Shown here piece by piece: positions 25,119 to 34,941 of a stretch of DNA of 34,962 bases. The position numbers and the translations under genes were made by a program. How positions within the stretch are numbered: position 1 is the stretch's first letter; every line of letters begins with the position of its first letter. The notes under the pieces are model-generated. The model was not told the origin of the DNA. It saw only the letters and a program-made list of their open reading frames with translations, and made no database searches. The stretch covers positions 1 through 34,962 of IMG/VR virus record IMGVR_UViG_3300020151_001762; one strand, given 5' to 3'. This DNA is from a virus (lineage: Duplodnaviria > Caudoviricetes).

Positions 25119-25768
25119 CGGAACGCGCTCGACCCAAACTTAATCTCAGGCTTCAACTTATGGTGCATGAGAGTCAGTATTTTTTCTGACTGCTCAGTCG
25201 CTTCCGCGTAAAGCGATTGATCCTCATCGAACCGCGCATAGCTTTTAACCGCCTTCCACCAGATTGCGCTGTGATAGGCTGCGCTGCAGATTGGAATATC
25301 AAGATTGCCCGCCAGCTCTTGCGGCAAGCGCTGGTAATGCACCTTAATCTGGTGATTGGCATCAGGGATTGAATCGAATGTAAACGTGTCATTTGCGAAA
25401 TAACAAACCAGCGGAAAGCCCGGCGTTTTGTTTTGCTGCAGAATATGAGTCACAGACGACGGCGAGCGAACCACACGCATGGACTGATACTGCCCATTCA
25501 CAAGAATGTACACAGCGAGAACTTCTTGCAAATCGGTAAGCGCAAGCTGCGCCAGCGTGAATGACTCCTGCCCGGCAACAAGACTGCACACCTTGTCAGT
25601 TTTTAAAAACGCCCACTCAGACGACTCCTGCTGTATTTCGGTCCACGCATCGCGCACCCAATTTACAAAGCGCTTTTGATGACCTGTAGCGGACGAAACA
25701 GAAGCCGGGCCATCGCCCGACTGCCCTGCTTTCTCCCAAGTCTTTCTGACCAATTCAAGAAAGTTCAT
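25109..25768 (-). CDS. Head-tail adaptor (tail tubular A-like)
   Basis: MNFLEL, W..IQ....W.FL and D.P.....YH.AI motifs; position after the capsid gene. Confidence 0.8.
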   Translation of the reverse strand: MNFLELVRKTWEKAGQSGDGPASVSSATGHQKRFVNWVRDAWTEIQQESSEWAFLKTDKVCSLVAGQESFTLAQLALTDLQEVLAVYILVNGQYQSMRVVRSPSSVTHILQQNKTPGFPLVCYFANDTFTFDSIPDANHQIKVHYQRLPQELAGNLDIPICSAAYHSAIWWKAVKSYARFDEDQSLYAEATEQSEKILTLMHHKLKPEIKFGSSAFRCH

Positions 25769-26220
25769 CAGTCTTCAAACTCGCCCGGCTGAACATCAAA
25801 CTTAATTACGGTGAAAGGATCGCTCTGCACCTCTCGCTGTGTTACCTCGTCGCCCTTCTGCTCGTACTCAATCGTGATCGCATTTTTCAGCAAATCGTAG
25901 ATTGGGTAAGGAACAGTGACCTCAACGCCGCGCTGTATCGTGGTGTGAACACCGTTTACGCCCACAGTTAATTGCCGGTCAGCGCCAGCTTTTTCAAACA
26001 GCTTGATGCGCACTTTGGTTTTGCAAAGCGCATCAATATCCTTGCCGGCTGAAACCTTGGGCGGTTCGTCGCTGCTATCTTCAACTTTTCCGCCATTGCT
26101 GCGAACCAGCTCAAGCAATTCCTCTTGTGTTGCACCTTCCGGCGCCTTAATACCCAGCACATCCTGCAAATATTTGACAATCGTTGCAGGCTTGCTCTTT
26201 ACGGTAATGGTTGTTGACAT
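25768..26220 (-). CDS. Hypothetical post-capsid protein (150 aa)
   Basis: VGVNG....IQRG.EV.VP motif; GGTG SD. Confidence 0.75.
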   Translation of the reverse strand: MSTTITVKSKPATIVKYLQDVLGIKAPEGATQEELLELVRSNGGKVEDSSDEPPKVSAGKDIDALCKTKVRIKLFEKAGADRQLTVGVNGVHTTIQRGVEVTVPYPIYDLLKNAITIEYEQKGDEVTQREVQSDPFTVIKFDVQPGEFED

Positions 26221-26245
26221 GTTGTTTCACCAATATTCGGACAAT

Positions 26246-26266
26246 AAAAAAGGGGCCGAAGCCCCT
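26246..26266 (-). terminator. Intrinsic terminator after the major capsid gene
   Basis: AGGGGC-TTCG-GCCCCT-TTTTT on the minus strand. Confidence 0.85.
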
Positions 26267-26305
26267 GCCAAGTTGGCACCCCTTGTGCCTGCCATGTTCA
26301 AGCAG

Positions 26306-27310
26306 TTACGCGAGGTTGGATGCAGCCACCTCTGCGCGCACAAGCCAAGTGCCGTTCAGAATCCCGCTTGCGTGCCAAGTCTTCCAGCCGACAGAACCCC
26401 ACTGTCCAAGCTCGTCACCGTGCCTCGGAGTGCCAGGCTTCAGAACCATCATATTGATGCCTTCGGAACCCTTGAGTGCAGTCACACCGAACGCATCCTC
26501 GGCGACGTAAATTACCGGGTACACGTCAGCACTGGTGCCACCAGTAGTCATCACCACACCACCATGCGCGCCACCAGCGTTGATCCAGGGCGTCATGTTC
26601 TGAGTGAGGATGTAGCGAACGTCCTCTACAGAGCCGATTTCCTCAGCACAAAGCGGCTGCACAGTGCCGTACTCAACAACCGACTTAAAACCAGCCAGGC
26701 CGCGAATGTCTGCCTCAAGGTCCGTGTGAGCAAACGCCACATAACATGCCTCAATCGGGCGAGTACCAACCTTCACAGAAGCGGAGAGCATCTTAGTGAG
26801 CTTTTTACCCTTCGCATTTTTCAATGCGCGAGTAGCTTTACGCTGCACATTTAACGTGAGCTTGGTATTTACCGCTGAACGCACCGCGCCGTTCGCAAAC
26901 ACAGCATTAGAGCCGCCGATGATTGCGCCGATAACGATCTTTTCGACCGTCTCAGCAGCTTGCTCACCAGACAGCATGGTCATATCAGACAACACCGGGT
27001 CTTCGTGGGTATCTTCCACTCGATCAGTGAAGCGCGCGTAAGAGCCGTACTGCGCAAGCGTAAATGTCACGTCCTCGTATTCCAGCTTCAGCGGAGAAGG
27101 CTTAACACCTTCAGTTAAGGGAGTGGTAGCGAGAGGCCAAGGCTTGGCGCGGCGCATCTTGATTGATTGGCCCTTGTTTTTTGGAATTGGGCGAGACTGT
27201 CCAAATTTCGCAACAACAAGAACAGGGTCGGCATGCTTGAGTGCTTTCACATCCAAATGCACACCAACGCGTGGGGGAATATCACCGTATAAAGTATCGC
27301 CTGTAGGCAT
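26306..27310 (-). CDS. Major capsid protein, N4-gp56 family
   Basis: YGDI.PR, PL.EGV.P, L.QYG, EIGS.E.VRY and D.LGQ.G.VGWK motifs. GAGG SD; terminator downstream. Confidence 0.92.
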   Translation of the reverse strand: MPTGDTLYGDIPPRVGVHLDVKALKHADPVLVVAKFGQSRPIPKNKGQSIKMRRAKPWPLATTPLTEGVKPSPLKLEYEDVTFTLAQYGSYARFTDRVEDTHEDPVLSDMTMLSGEQAAETVEKIVIGAIIGGSNAVFANGAVRSAVNTKLTLNVQRKATRALKNAKGKKLTKMLSASVKVGTRPIEACYVAFAHTDLEADIRGLAGFKSVVEYGTVQPLCAEEIGSVEDVRYILTQNMTPWINAGGAHGGVVMTTGGTSADVYPVIYVAEDAFGVTALKGSEGINMMVLKPGTPRHGDELGQWGSVGWKTWHASGILNGTWLVRAEVAASNLA

Positions 27311-27333
27311 GATTTACGTCCTCAAATAACGGA

Positions 27334-28215
27334 TTAAAGTTTTCCGCTGTCCGCAAGTGCCGCCGCGTGCTCAAACAACGCATCGCGATCACCGCCCGGA
27401 GCACTTGAGCGCAACGCGCCCTCACTCGGCAGTGATGCAAGGTCATCAATTGAGCGATGAACAACGGAGGTTTTAGTTTGCGTAGCGGGAGTCTTGTAGT
27501 TCGGGTTTGATTGCTTGAAGTAAGTAATTGCCGCCGACACATCAGCCGCCGAATCACTAAACGCCAGATCTTTCACTGCTGCTGGCTGCGAATTTATCCA
27601 CGACGCAAACAAAGGATTGCCGTCAATCTCTTCGTAGTCCGGGTGGATCGTTTTTAACGACTCAATTTCAGCCGCCTCACGCGCTTGCGCTTCTTGGTGC
27701 TGCGCAGGCGTGAGCACTTTTTCTTGCACTGTGCCGCGCAGCTTTACCAGCTCAGCATGCGTGTCCTTTGCAAACTTGACCAAATTTCCCAGCTCAGGAA
27801 TCTCATCAAGCAGCGCAGAATCCAGCTGCAATTCTTCAATTTGTTCTTCAATTTTTTCAGCAGCTTTGGTGTCGCCCTTGCCTTGCCTTTGCAGCTCCGC
27901 CAATTGTTTTTGGAGTGCGCTAACACGGCCCGAATCGCTTGCTACTTTGTGTTCCAGCTCTTGAAATCTTTTCTGTGCAGCAGGAGGAAGAGAACTAATA
28001 TCAAAAACATCGTCCTGACTATCAGTAGCAGCTGGTTGCGCGCTCGCATCAGCATCGCCATGAACATCAGTGGCAACATCTTTGGTGTCTTCGTCACTTG
28101 CATCATCAAAGGTTTCCAGTGGGGCCTCACTATTCTCTGAGTCCAAGGTGTTTGCTGCTTCGTCAAACACGTCGTCGAGATTAAGAGAATCACTGTTTTG
28201 GTTTACGGTAGACAT
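27334..28215 (-). CDS. Capsid scaffolding protein
   Basis: Acidic N-terminus, coiled coil, HPDY..I.....F..W motif. Start at ATG 28215 after a GAGG SD. Confidence 0.8.
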   Translation of the reverse strand: MSTVNQNSDSLNLDDVFDEAANTLDSENSEAPLETFDDASDEDTKDVATDVHGDADASAQPAATDSQDDVFDISSLPPAAQKRFQELEHKVASDSGRVSALQKQLAELQRQGKGDTKAAEKIEEQIEELQLDSALLDEIPELGNLVKFAKDTHAELVKLRGTVQEKVLTPAQHQEAQAREAAEIESLKTIHPDYEEIDGNPLFASWINSQPAAVKDLAFSDSAADVSAAITYFKQSNPNYKTPATQTKTSVVHRSIDDLASLPSEGALRSSAPGGDRDALFEHAAALADSGKL

Positions 28216-28275
28216 AAAAAATCCTCGCCGCCGTCGCGTGAGCAAGGGCAGTTGTTGGAAGTTGGTTAAAGGGAA

Positions 28276-28488
28276 TTAATAAAACGGATTGATGGAAATC
28301 TTTGCGCAGCGATCTTTGTCGTGCTCAATAACGGATTTGAGAGCGCTGATTTTTCCGCGCAGCATTGGAATTTTTTCGGGCGGACAAGTCTCACTACACA
28401 GCTCGCGCACGCTCTCTTGAATGCCCATCACTGCTTTGTTGAAGGTTGCGATCCATTCGTTCGAGTGGAAATTAAAAGGCTGTGACAT
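28276..28488 (-). CDS. Small post-portal protein (70 aa)
   Basis: W..........L..........LRG.I.ALK motif; coupled to the portal stop codon. Confidence 0.7.
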   Translation of the reverse strand: MSQPFNFHSNEWIATFNKAVMGIQESVRELCSETCPPEKIPMLRGKISALKSVIEHDKDRCAKISINPFY

Positions 28489-30653
28489 TATTTACCGTCC
28501 AACCCAAAGTTGGCAGTCATGCCCTCTGCCTGCTTAACCTGCAGTTCAGCCTGGAACATGGATTTTTTCAGATCCAGATTCCAGCCAGCCTCTTGCAATT
28601 TCGCCTCAAGTTGCGCGAGTGTCATATTCTCGCGGCTGGCCATCTCAAGCATGGCGTGCTGAATTTTCATCTGCGCAATTTCAAACTGCAGATTGTTTTC
28701 CTGTCCGCGAATTTCTGCCTCGATTTCCAGTTCGCGAATGCGGTTTTCTGCGCGAAGCTTCTCGGCGGTGATGCGCGGGTCTTCTTGCTGCTGCCCGCCC
28801 TCTTCCGCTTGCTTGCGCGCTTGCTCTTGCTCGGAGGTAAGCTGGTCATCAGTCTTGAGAATGTCATCAGGGTTGATGTGCATGGCCTGAACGGCTTTGC
28901 GCAGCGCATCAAGCCCGCCCGTTTTGAGGAATGTAGAGAGTATTGGGTGGCCAGCATATTTATCGATGAGAGCAATCAACGTTTGCGCCTGCTGCTCTTT
29001 CATCAGTAGCGCACTGGTGCCGCGTGCGCGAACCTGCAAATCACCCTTGATAGACTCGTCTTTATTAAACTGCATGTTCCAGTTGTAAAAGCGGGTGATC
29101 ATTGGGACGGTAACATCGTCATCCCAGTTTTTAACCTGGTGGCGTCGCTCGGAGTTGGCGGCATTCATCAGCATGGACATACCGCCGACAGTTGGCGTAA
29201 CTTCGCCCTGCTCGCCCTGCTGAATTGCAGGCAATCCGGTTTCTTCGTCGAGCTGGCCTTTTGCAAGCGTGTAGATGTTTGCAATTTCGTTTTGAAATGA
29301 AGGAAAAGGAAACACACCGAACGCCTCATTCACTTTCAAATTCGGGTCGGTCTTTCTCCAGCGCCCCCATGGCACGATCTTTCCGCCGTCCATCGATTCA
29401 ATGCGCGAATCAAATACAACTTGTGGCCCGGCCGCCTTGGTCGCGTTATCCAGCATCAAGCGCCACGCAGTATTAATCACCGCCTGAGGGTGTCGCGCAG
29501 CGCGAGGAATCCCGATACCGAAAATACAATTGGGGTCTTTTTCCCAGCAAAAAACCGAGTACGGCCAATCCTCGGTCTCCATGGGATTAATTGCAGCTTT
29601 TAGCACTTCGCCGCCGCAGAAAATAACAATCCCGTCGTATTCGTTTTCGGCTTTTTCTGCATGCTCCGGCTTGATTAACCCCGCAGCAATCAGCACGCTT
29701 TTTTCAATCGGGCCGCGATAAGTCCACACTTCATAGCGCTGATCATCGACCATTGAGATGATGCCGCTCAGCTCGCGCAGCGTAGAAACATGCTCGCTGA
29801 AATTCTGTGTTGATTTTGGGCTGACTTCGTTTAGCAGACGATTCAGTGCGGGCTTTAAAATACCTTGGCGACGGCGCAACGTCTTGAGCGTCTTTTTGCT
29901 CATGTACGCGCGCTCAAAAATCTCGTTGCACTCTTGAATTTCTTTTGCTGCCAAATCAGGGAAAAAATCCCACAGCGGAACATGGCGAACGCGCGGGCGC
30001 TTGTCAGTGGTGAATGCTGCACGCATTTGCCCGGTATTTGGATCTTTAACCCACGTCGCCTTCTCGCGCATTTCAACTTCGGGTCCACAGAGAACGCCAG
30101 TGCCGAGAATAGCGGCATACTCAATAGCATCACGACAAGCTGCGTTGTATTTGCACTCGACCAACTGGTCGTCTATCGCAACCTCCATTTTCTTGGCGCA
30201 CTCTTCGGCTTGCTCCATTTCCATTTTCGCAAGGTCGCCAGTGGTAAGCGGGTCTTTATTGTCCTTAAACCGAAGCTTGTCTCCGTTTGGCAACACAACA
30301 GGCTCCTTACCCTGCGACGCCTCCGCCAAATCAGGATCTGGCGTTGGGCTTATGCCGTAGTTTTTATCGTCGCTCGGAAACAGCATATCGATGAGCTGCG
30401 CCGTTCCGTTTTTAGTTTTTGACTTGGTGATGTTGACGAATATTCTGCTGCCGCCCTCAGGCATTGCCGCCAAAGTTTCAGGGCTATACATGCCTTTGTA
30501 CTGCCGATAGTCCTCAACCCATTCGCGCTCAATCTCAAGTCGCAGCTGGCAAAGATTGGCAACGCGCTTCTGCAGACCAGCACCAAAAAGAGCTAAATGA
30601 TCAGCGTGCCCACTGCTTGATTCATCAGTAGGAATATCGATTTCGTCAGTCAT
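28488..30653 (-). CDS. Portal protein with C-terminal coiled-coil barrel
   Basis: About 720 aa following terL. R...E..W....RQY.G, LFP..D, GTG...GP, WDFFPD and G.GIP motifs; Q/E-rich tail. Confidence 0.9.
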   Translation of the reverse strand: MTDEIDIPTDESSSGHADHLALFGAGLQKRVANLCQLRLEIEREWVEDYRQYKGMYSPETLAAMPEGGSRIFVNITKSKTKNGTAQLIDMLFPSDDKNYGISPTPDPDLAEASQGKEPVVLPNGDKLRFKDNKDPLTTGDLAKMEMEQAEECAKKMEVAIDDQLVECKYNAACRDAIEYAAILGTGVLCGPEVEMREKATWVKDPNTGQMRAAFTTDKRPRVRHVPLWDFFPDLAAKEIQECNEIFERAYMSKKTLKTLRRRQGILKPALNRLLNEVSPKSTQNFSEHVSTLRELSGIISMVDDQRYEVWTYRGPIEKSVLIAAGLIKPEHAEKAENEYDGIVIFCGGEVLKAAINPMETEDWPYSVFCWEKDPNCIFGIGIPRAARHPQAVINTAWRLMLDNATKAAGPQVVFDSRIESMDGGKIVPWGRWRKTDPNLKVNEAFGVFPFPSFQNEIANIYTLAKGQLDEETGLPAIQQGEQGEVTPTVGGMSMLMNAANSERRHQVKNWDDDVTVPMITRFYNWNMQFNKDESIKGDLQVRARGTSALLMKEQQAQTLIALIDKYAGHPILSTFLKTGGLDALRKAVQAMHINPDDILKTDDQLTSEQEQARKQAEEGGQQQEDPRITAEKLRAENRIRELEIEAEIRGQENNLQFEIAQMKIQHAMLEMASRENMTLAQLEAKLQEAGWNLDLKKSMFQAELQVKQAEGMTANFGLDGK

Positions 30654-30656
30654 CAA

Positions 30657-32132
30657 TTAATAGCCGGTGAGTTTGTCTGCCACGCTGCGAGGCGTGCTTT
30701 GTGTTTTAGATGGGAGTGCGTGAGCGAGATGCTCGGGTCTTGCAATCATGCAGAGGTATTGCAACGCATCATGCGGATGCGAGAAACGATTCTTGTTCGG
30801 CATATCGCGAAAGCGTGCTTCAGCTCCGCCCACTTGAATGCGCTCGAATTTGTAACCGCCAGCAAAGCCTTTTCTAAGCACCGGGCAGTTAACGCCGATG
30901 GAGAATGCAGGCAGTGCTCGTCCAACCAAATTGGATAACCACCAGCGAACAGCACCAAGGCGCGGCTCTAGTGAGTTGCTTGGTGCCGGTATAACGTCAT
31001 AGCCAGCGGTGCGCAAAATATCAAAGCAGCTTCGCTCGTCGTTGTCTGAACCCTTCACGCCGGACGGGTCACCAACAACAACTCTTTCAAAGCCGCGATA
31101 CTTGCGTGCAACTAACGGATTAACGCAGTCCTTTAGGAAGCCCTCAAGACCCATGCGATCCGTGGTCACTTCATCCAGGATGCGAAGCTGACCAGTTGCT
31201 TGAACCTGACCAACAACAAGCGCCGGGGTTAAACCGAAGTCAAAGGCCATGATGATTGGCAGGCCTTTGATTGGCAGGAATTCATTGGGTGAATTGTGGA
31301 TCTGCTCGTTGTAGTGATCGCCGTAAACGGGCTTACCGTCTTCAGTGGTAGCAAATTCATTCAACACGAACGCCTTGATCCAGTTCTTTTGCTTGCCGCC
31401 CAACATGTCAAGCCAATAGTCATAGCCTTTAACATGATTTCTAACGTTCTCGGCTTTTGGGTTTGGAACATAACGGCCATCTGGAAGCAGCAGCAATGCA
31501 CCAGGCTGCGCGAAGAATTCCCACTTGTTTGGAGTGGCAACGCATTCATATTCGTACCACCAGTGATCATCATCAGGGCTGTTTGTGTCCATGATCACGC
31601 CGTTCCAAGTGGCGCCGCCGTCCTTCATTGACGGGTAGCGCCCTACACGCTGGGTGACACCATCAAGAATGGATTTGTGAATCTCTTTTGCTTCGTTAAT
31701 GAATGCCCCGGTCAATTCGAGCGAGAGCAATTTTTTAACGTCCTTGGGATTATCCAAAGCGAGGAAAATAAACTCGGCGACGACAGTAGTGCCATCAGCG
31801 AGAGGCAGAGTGAGATTGCCAGTGATGGGCGCATCATACTTAAACGGGCATATCTGCTCCGGCACCCAATCCTGAAACGTTTTAATAACCGTCGATTTCA
31901 ACTCAGGATAAGTGTTGCGGATTAGCGCCCAACGAGTGCGACGCAACTTGCTTGAGTCTGGCGCTTGCTGAACCGCCTTTGATAGCAGCTCAATAACACA
32001 AGCAACCGACTTGCCCCCACCCACTGGGCCGCGAAGCCCTCGAACAAATGCCTTTGAGGCGTGAAACTTTACCGCCGTCGGGCTTGCGCAGTAGCGAATC
32101 GCAATGCGCTGTGGGTTACTGGGCTCCACCAA
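30657..32132 (-). CDS. terL: Terminase large subunit
   Basis: Walker A GPVGGGKS, Walker B AFINE, nuclease motifs FDFG and HPHDALQY. Confidence 0.95.
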   Translation of the reverse strand: MVEPSNPQRIAIRYCASPTAVKFHASKAFVRGLRGPVGGGKSVACVIELLSKAVQQAPDSSKLRRTRWALIRNTYPELKSTVIKTFQDWVPEQICPFKYDAPITGNLTLPLADGTTVVAEFIFLALDNPKDVKKLLSLELTGAFINEAKEIHKSILDGVTQRVGRYPSMKDGGATWNGVIMDTNSPDDDHWWYEYECVATPNKWEFFAQPGALLLLPDGRYVPNPKAENVRNHVKGYDYWLDMLGGKQKNWIKAFVLNEFATTEDGKPVYGDHYNEQIHNSPNEFLPIKGLPIIMAFDFGLTPALVVGQVQATGQLRILDEVTTDRMGLEGFLKDCVNPLVARKYRGFERVVVGDPSGVKGSDNDERSCFDILRTAGYDVIPAPSNSLEPRLGAVRWWLSNLVGRALPAFSIGVNCPVLRKGFAGGYKFERIQVGGAEARFRDMPNKNRFSHPHDALQYLCMIARPEHLAHALPSKTQSTPRSVADKLTGY

Positions 32133-32616
32133 GGTTTAACTCGAATGTCACAACCGACTTGTTCGTGTTGTCAGTTTTAATTGATGCCAGGTGACCATCC
32201 ATTTTGTTGAGCTCTGCAATAGCACCGATAGCACCCTTTGCATTGAAGGTGTACCCAACCAATTCTCTATCTTCGCCGTAACCTTCGTATTCCGGCACAA
32301 CCTCTTGAACACAGCGCTGTGCAATCTCCCAAAGCATCTTTTTCTTTTGCTCAAGTGTGCCTATTTGCTTGGGCAATGACTCAAGTTGAGCAATCTTTTG
32401 GAAGAGAGTTCTGTACTGGGCAATAGCTGGGCAGCGGTCAATTGCTTTTTGTGCATCTGCTGAAGGCTTTCTGCTCTTATAACCAGCATCAATGTAGGCC
32501 TGCTCCTGCCCTTTTCCTGATGCCAACTCTTTTGCGAATGCCAATTGGTTTGGTGATTTAAAGCCTGCAGCCAGATCGGCTAATTCGGATTTGAGAGTGG
32601 TCAACTCATCACTCAT
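32116..32616 (-). CDS. terS: Terminase small subunit
   Basis: Q..FA.......QAY..AGY and A.ELN.KM.G motifs; immediately upstream of terL. Confidence 0.85.
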   Translation of the reverse strand: MSDELTTLKSELADLAAGFKSPNQLAFAKELASGKGQEQAYIDAGYKSRKPSADAQKAIDRCPAIAQYRTLFQKIAQLESLPKQIGTLEQKKKMLWEIAQRCVQEVVPEYEGYGEDRELVGYTFNAKGAIGAIAELNKMDGHLASIKTDNTNKSVVTFELNLGGAQ

Positions 32617-32870
32617 CAGTACTGCTCGCCAGCTGCATGCAACGTAGTATCCACAGCAGCATCGATAAGCTCGCGCTCCAATATCCGCAACTCGCCAATC
32701 AACAGGATTGGGCTTCCGATCGTGTAGTTATTGCCTGTGCAGCCGTCCGCTGTCACCAAGGCGGCCGCACAGGAAACAATCTTTCCAGCCTTTGCCATAG
32801 ACAGAAGGTCTTCGAGCATTGCGACTACAGCCGGGACCGGCTCCATTACGGGGATGGGCACAATGTTCAT
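32616..32870 (-). CDS. Hypothetical protein (84 aa)
   Basis: LE.LL..AKAG.I motif. Start at ATG 32870 just after the upstream stop codon. Confidence 0.7.
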   Translation of the reverse strand: MNIVPIPVMEPVPAVVAMLEDLLSMAKAGKIVSCAAALVTADGCTGNNYTIGSPILLIGELRILERELIDAAVDTTLHAAGEQY

Positions 32871-32872
32871 GC

Positions 32873-33265
32873 TTACTGCAATTTCTCTTTGAGCGCATAA
32901 CCCATCAAGGGCCAAATCTTGCTGATTGCATTTTGACGAGCGATTTTACGGCCCATCTCAGCATCGAAGTTTTCAGGGCTGGCGCAAGCGCTCTCACCAG
33001 TGACGGTGAATCCGTTGCGCAACACAAGTACGCAAAATGTCAGCAGCCCAAGAGGGTTGCCGTAAGGGGCGGATTGTCCGCTAGCCGTATCGACGCCATT
33101 TATGCGCTGATGAAGCTGAAGCACATTCATAGCACCCGAAACACCATGCTCAGCAGTGAAGAAGTGCTCACTAAAAATTGCCGCCTCAATATCAGCAGGG
33201 GTTACTCGCGGAGCGGTCAAACCCTTTGCCTGAATCTCTTGTTCAATTTGGTTATCTGTACTCAT
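32873..33265 (-). CDS. Gp49/Gp66-family phage protein
   Basis: APRVTP..IE..I, LTFCVLVLRNGFTVTGESAC.SPENFD.E.G..IA and IWPL.GY.L motifs. Confidence 0.9.
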   Translation of the reverse strand: MSTDNQIEQEIQAKGLTAPRVTPADIEAAIFSEHFFTAEHGVSGAMNVLQLHQRINGVDTASGQSAPYGNPLGLLTFCVLVLRNGFTVTGESACASPENFDAEMGRKIARQNAISKIWPLMGYALKEKLQ

Positions 33266-33540
33266 TACTCAACACACCCAGCCATAGCAGCCTGCAATTG
33301 CCCAATGAAGATAATGCGCTGGTGCCTATCCACCATGTACGCATCGGTGATTACCTCCAGCGAGTCGGTGGGCTTTAGCTTATCCACCTCAAACACCGGA
33401 GCCTTTGGAATTTCTTTAACGCACTTAACCGGTACCGGGACATTCACAATCTTGGTTTCAATGCGAGGCGGAACGCTGCTACAAGCACATAGCGTGAAAA
33501 GCACTAGTGTCAGTGCTGCTACTCTTGCCAGAATTCTCAT
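33265..33540 (-). CDS. o-spanin lipoprotein (Rz1-like)
   Basis: Signal peptide with lipobox LCAC, Pro-rich body and C-terminal Cys; ATGA overlap with the i-spanin. Confidence 0.8.
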   Translation of the reverse strand: MRILARVAALTLVLFTLCACSSVPPRIETKIVNVPVPVKCVKEIPKAPVFEVDKLKPTDSLEVITDAYMVDRHQRIIFIGQLQAAMAGCVE

Positions 33541-33923
33541 AGCAGCGCGTCCTTGAGCATCTTTTGGCGGATATTCTCTAATCGCACACCTGAATCACTT
33601 GATACAGAGGAATGCTGAGCGCTACGAATTCCCAAAATCCGCCGCTCTTCTTCCTCAACAAGTGGTTTTAGTTCCGCCAAAGCCTGTTCTGATTTATCAA
33701 TTGCCCTGTCCGTTTCATCAGCAAGAGAATCAATTGCATCGTTTTGTATGCGGACAGCGGTATCCAATACGGCTGTATTTTTATCCAGTGTCGCAATGGT
33801 TTTGTTCGCCTCACCAACCTGGTGCTTCAGCTGCCAAATATGGATGCTTGCGCCCCCAATTATGGCCAGCGCAACGATCAGCACCACGACCAAAACAACA
33901 TTAACAACCCTATCGGCTACCAT
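33537..33923 (-). CDS. i-spanin (Rz-like)
   Basis: N-terminal TM segment followed by coiled coil. ATG 33923 after a GGAGG SD. Confidence 0.8.
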   Translation of the reverse strand: MVADRVVNVVLVVVLIVALAIIGGASIHIWQLKHQVGEANKTIATLDKNTAVLDTAVRIQNDAIDSLADETDRAIDKSEQALAELKPLVEEEERRILGIRSAQHSSVSSDSGVRLENIRQKMLKDALL

Positions 33924-34494
33924 TGAACCCTCCGCAAAATTTGTATTCATCGTGGCGGCGATTAGCCAAACCTTGAACGAATTTGTATTCAGGCTTGCCA
34001 TTGATGATTTTTCCAGTCTTTACGAATGACCACACCGGGCGCCCTTCGTCAGACCGATATAGGCGCTGGCAGCCAAGCTCCCAGTTACCGGAATTCCATG
34101 CCTGCATTGCCAGGCTGCTGCATGTGTTCGCCACCCCGTTATTCCAAGCATGGGAGCTGGCGGCATCGAAAACGAATTGAGAAGGGGAATGCTTGAAGCA
34201 CTTAATCAAGCGCGATTGAACTTTGGTAATTGCCTTGCGCTCTTCAGCTTCGCATTTTGATTTTGACCAAACCTCACCAACAATGATTGGTGTGTCGGTC
34301 ACATGCTTGGTCAGTCCACGGCAAACAGTTGGCAATCCGCCAGCGAGCTTGTCAGCGTAAACCGTGTATTGGCTCTCGCCTTCCCACTTACCAAGGAATG
34401 CAACAAGTGAGGCAGACGCAAAAATAAGTGCGGCGCCGGTCTTCGCAAAATTATTCAACGCCGAATAACCGCTTGCGACGCATTTCAGATTCAA
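33910..34494 (-). CDS. SAR endolysin (GH24 / T4 lysozyme-like)
   Basis: Weakly hydrophobic N-terminal helix, then WEG...Y.D..G..TVC.G.T and C-terminal GL.NRR..E. The start could be TTG 34494 or TTG 34458. Confidence 0.9.
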   Translation of the reverse strand: MNLKCVASGYSALNNFAKTGAALIFASASLVAFLGKWEGESQYTVYADKLAGGLPTVCRGLTKHVTDTPIIVGEVWSKSKCEAEERKAITKVQSRLIKCFKHSPSQFVFDAASSHAWNNGVANTCSSLAMQAWNSGNWELGCQRLYRSDEGRPVWSFVKTGKIINGKPEYKFVQGLANRRHDEYKFCGGFNGSR

Positions 34495-34738
34495 CGCTCT
34501 CTCTTCGGTCGCGACGCCACTGGAAATACAGCGATGTAAAATAACCTACGAACGCAAGAAACAACCCTCCCAGTGCGCATATACCCGCAACATCAAGCGA
34601 GCCTGTACCAGTAACAAATTCGACAACCCCGGCCTTTTCCGCCGCGCCCGTAACGCCAGCAGCAACGCCACCACCGACCGTCAGTTTTTGGCTGGCGCCG
34701 ATAGTAATTGCTTCAACGCTGTGTTGAGTGGACGACAT
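34451..34738 (-). CDS. Holin
   Basis: 95 aa with hydrophobic segments and a C-terminal YF.WRRD.RE basic tail. First gene of the lysis cassette; AGGA SD. Confidence 0.8.
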   Translation of the reverse strand: MSSTQHSVEAITIGASQKLTVGGGVAAGVTGAAEKAGVVEFVTGTGSLDVAGICALGGLFLAFVGYFTSLYFQWRRDRRESVESEMRRKRLFGVE

Positions 34739-34759
34739 AAATACTTTCCTGCGGGCAAT

Positions 34760-34789
34760 AAAAAACCCGCCGAGATTGCTCTGGGCGGG
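34760..34789 (-). terminator. tR'-like terminator upstream of the holin
   Basis: CCCGCC-(CA)GAG-CAAT-CTC-GGCGGG-TTTTTT on the minus strand. Confidence 0.8.
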
Positions 34790-34831
34790 CTGGTTAATTT
34801 GTTTCGGGGCGTTAATCCCCAAGATGACTAA

Positions 34832-34859
34832 ATCATAGCAGGAAGATGTATTTTTGCAA
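34832..34859 (-). promoter_or_regulatory. Late promoter (pR'-like sigma70)
   Basis: TTGCAA-16 nt-TATGAT with an extended -10 (TGcTATGAT), pointing into the terminator and holin. Confidence 0.7.
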
Positions 34860-34941
34860 TACAAATCAAATCGTTATCGCAATTATAAATACAGTTAATA
34901 ATAGCGGTTAAATCGATAGCGCAATTGGAGATATACGGCTC

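Noticed and set aside
26003-26854. Long + strand ORFs antisense to virion genes (e.g. 283 aa here, 245 aa at 32819-33556, 191 aa at 18572-19147)
   Set aside because: Antisense shadows of well-supported genes, with no recognisable motifs.
34870-34926. Short repeats ATAGCG and CGCAATT upstream of the late promoter
   Set aside because: Too short in AT-rich DNA to call as operators.
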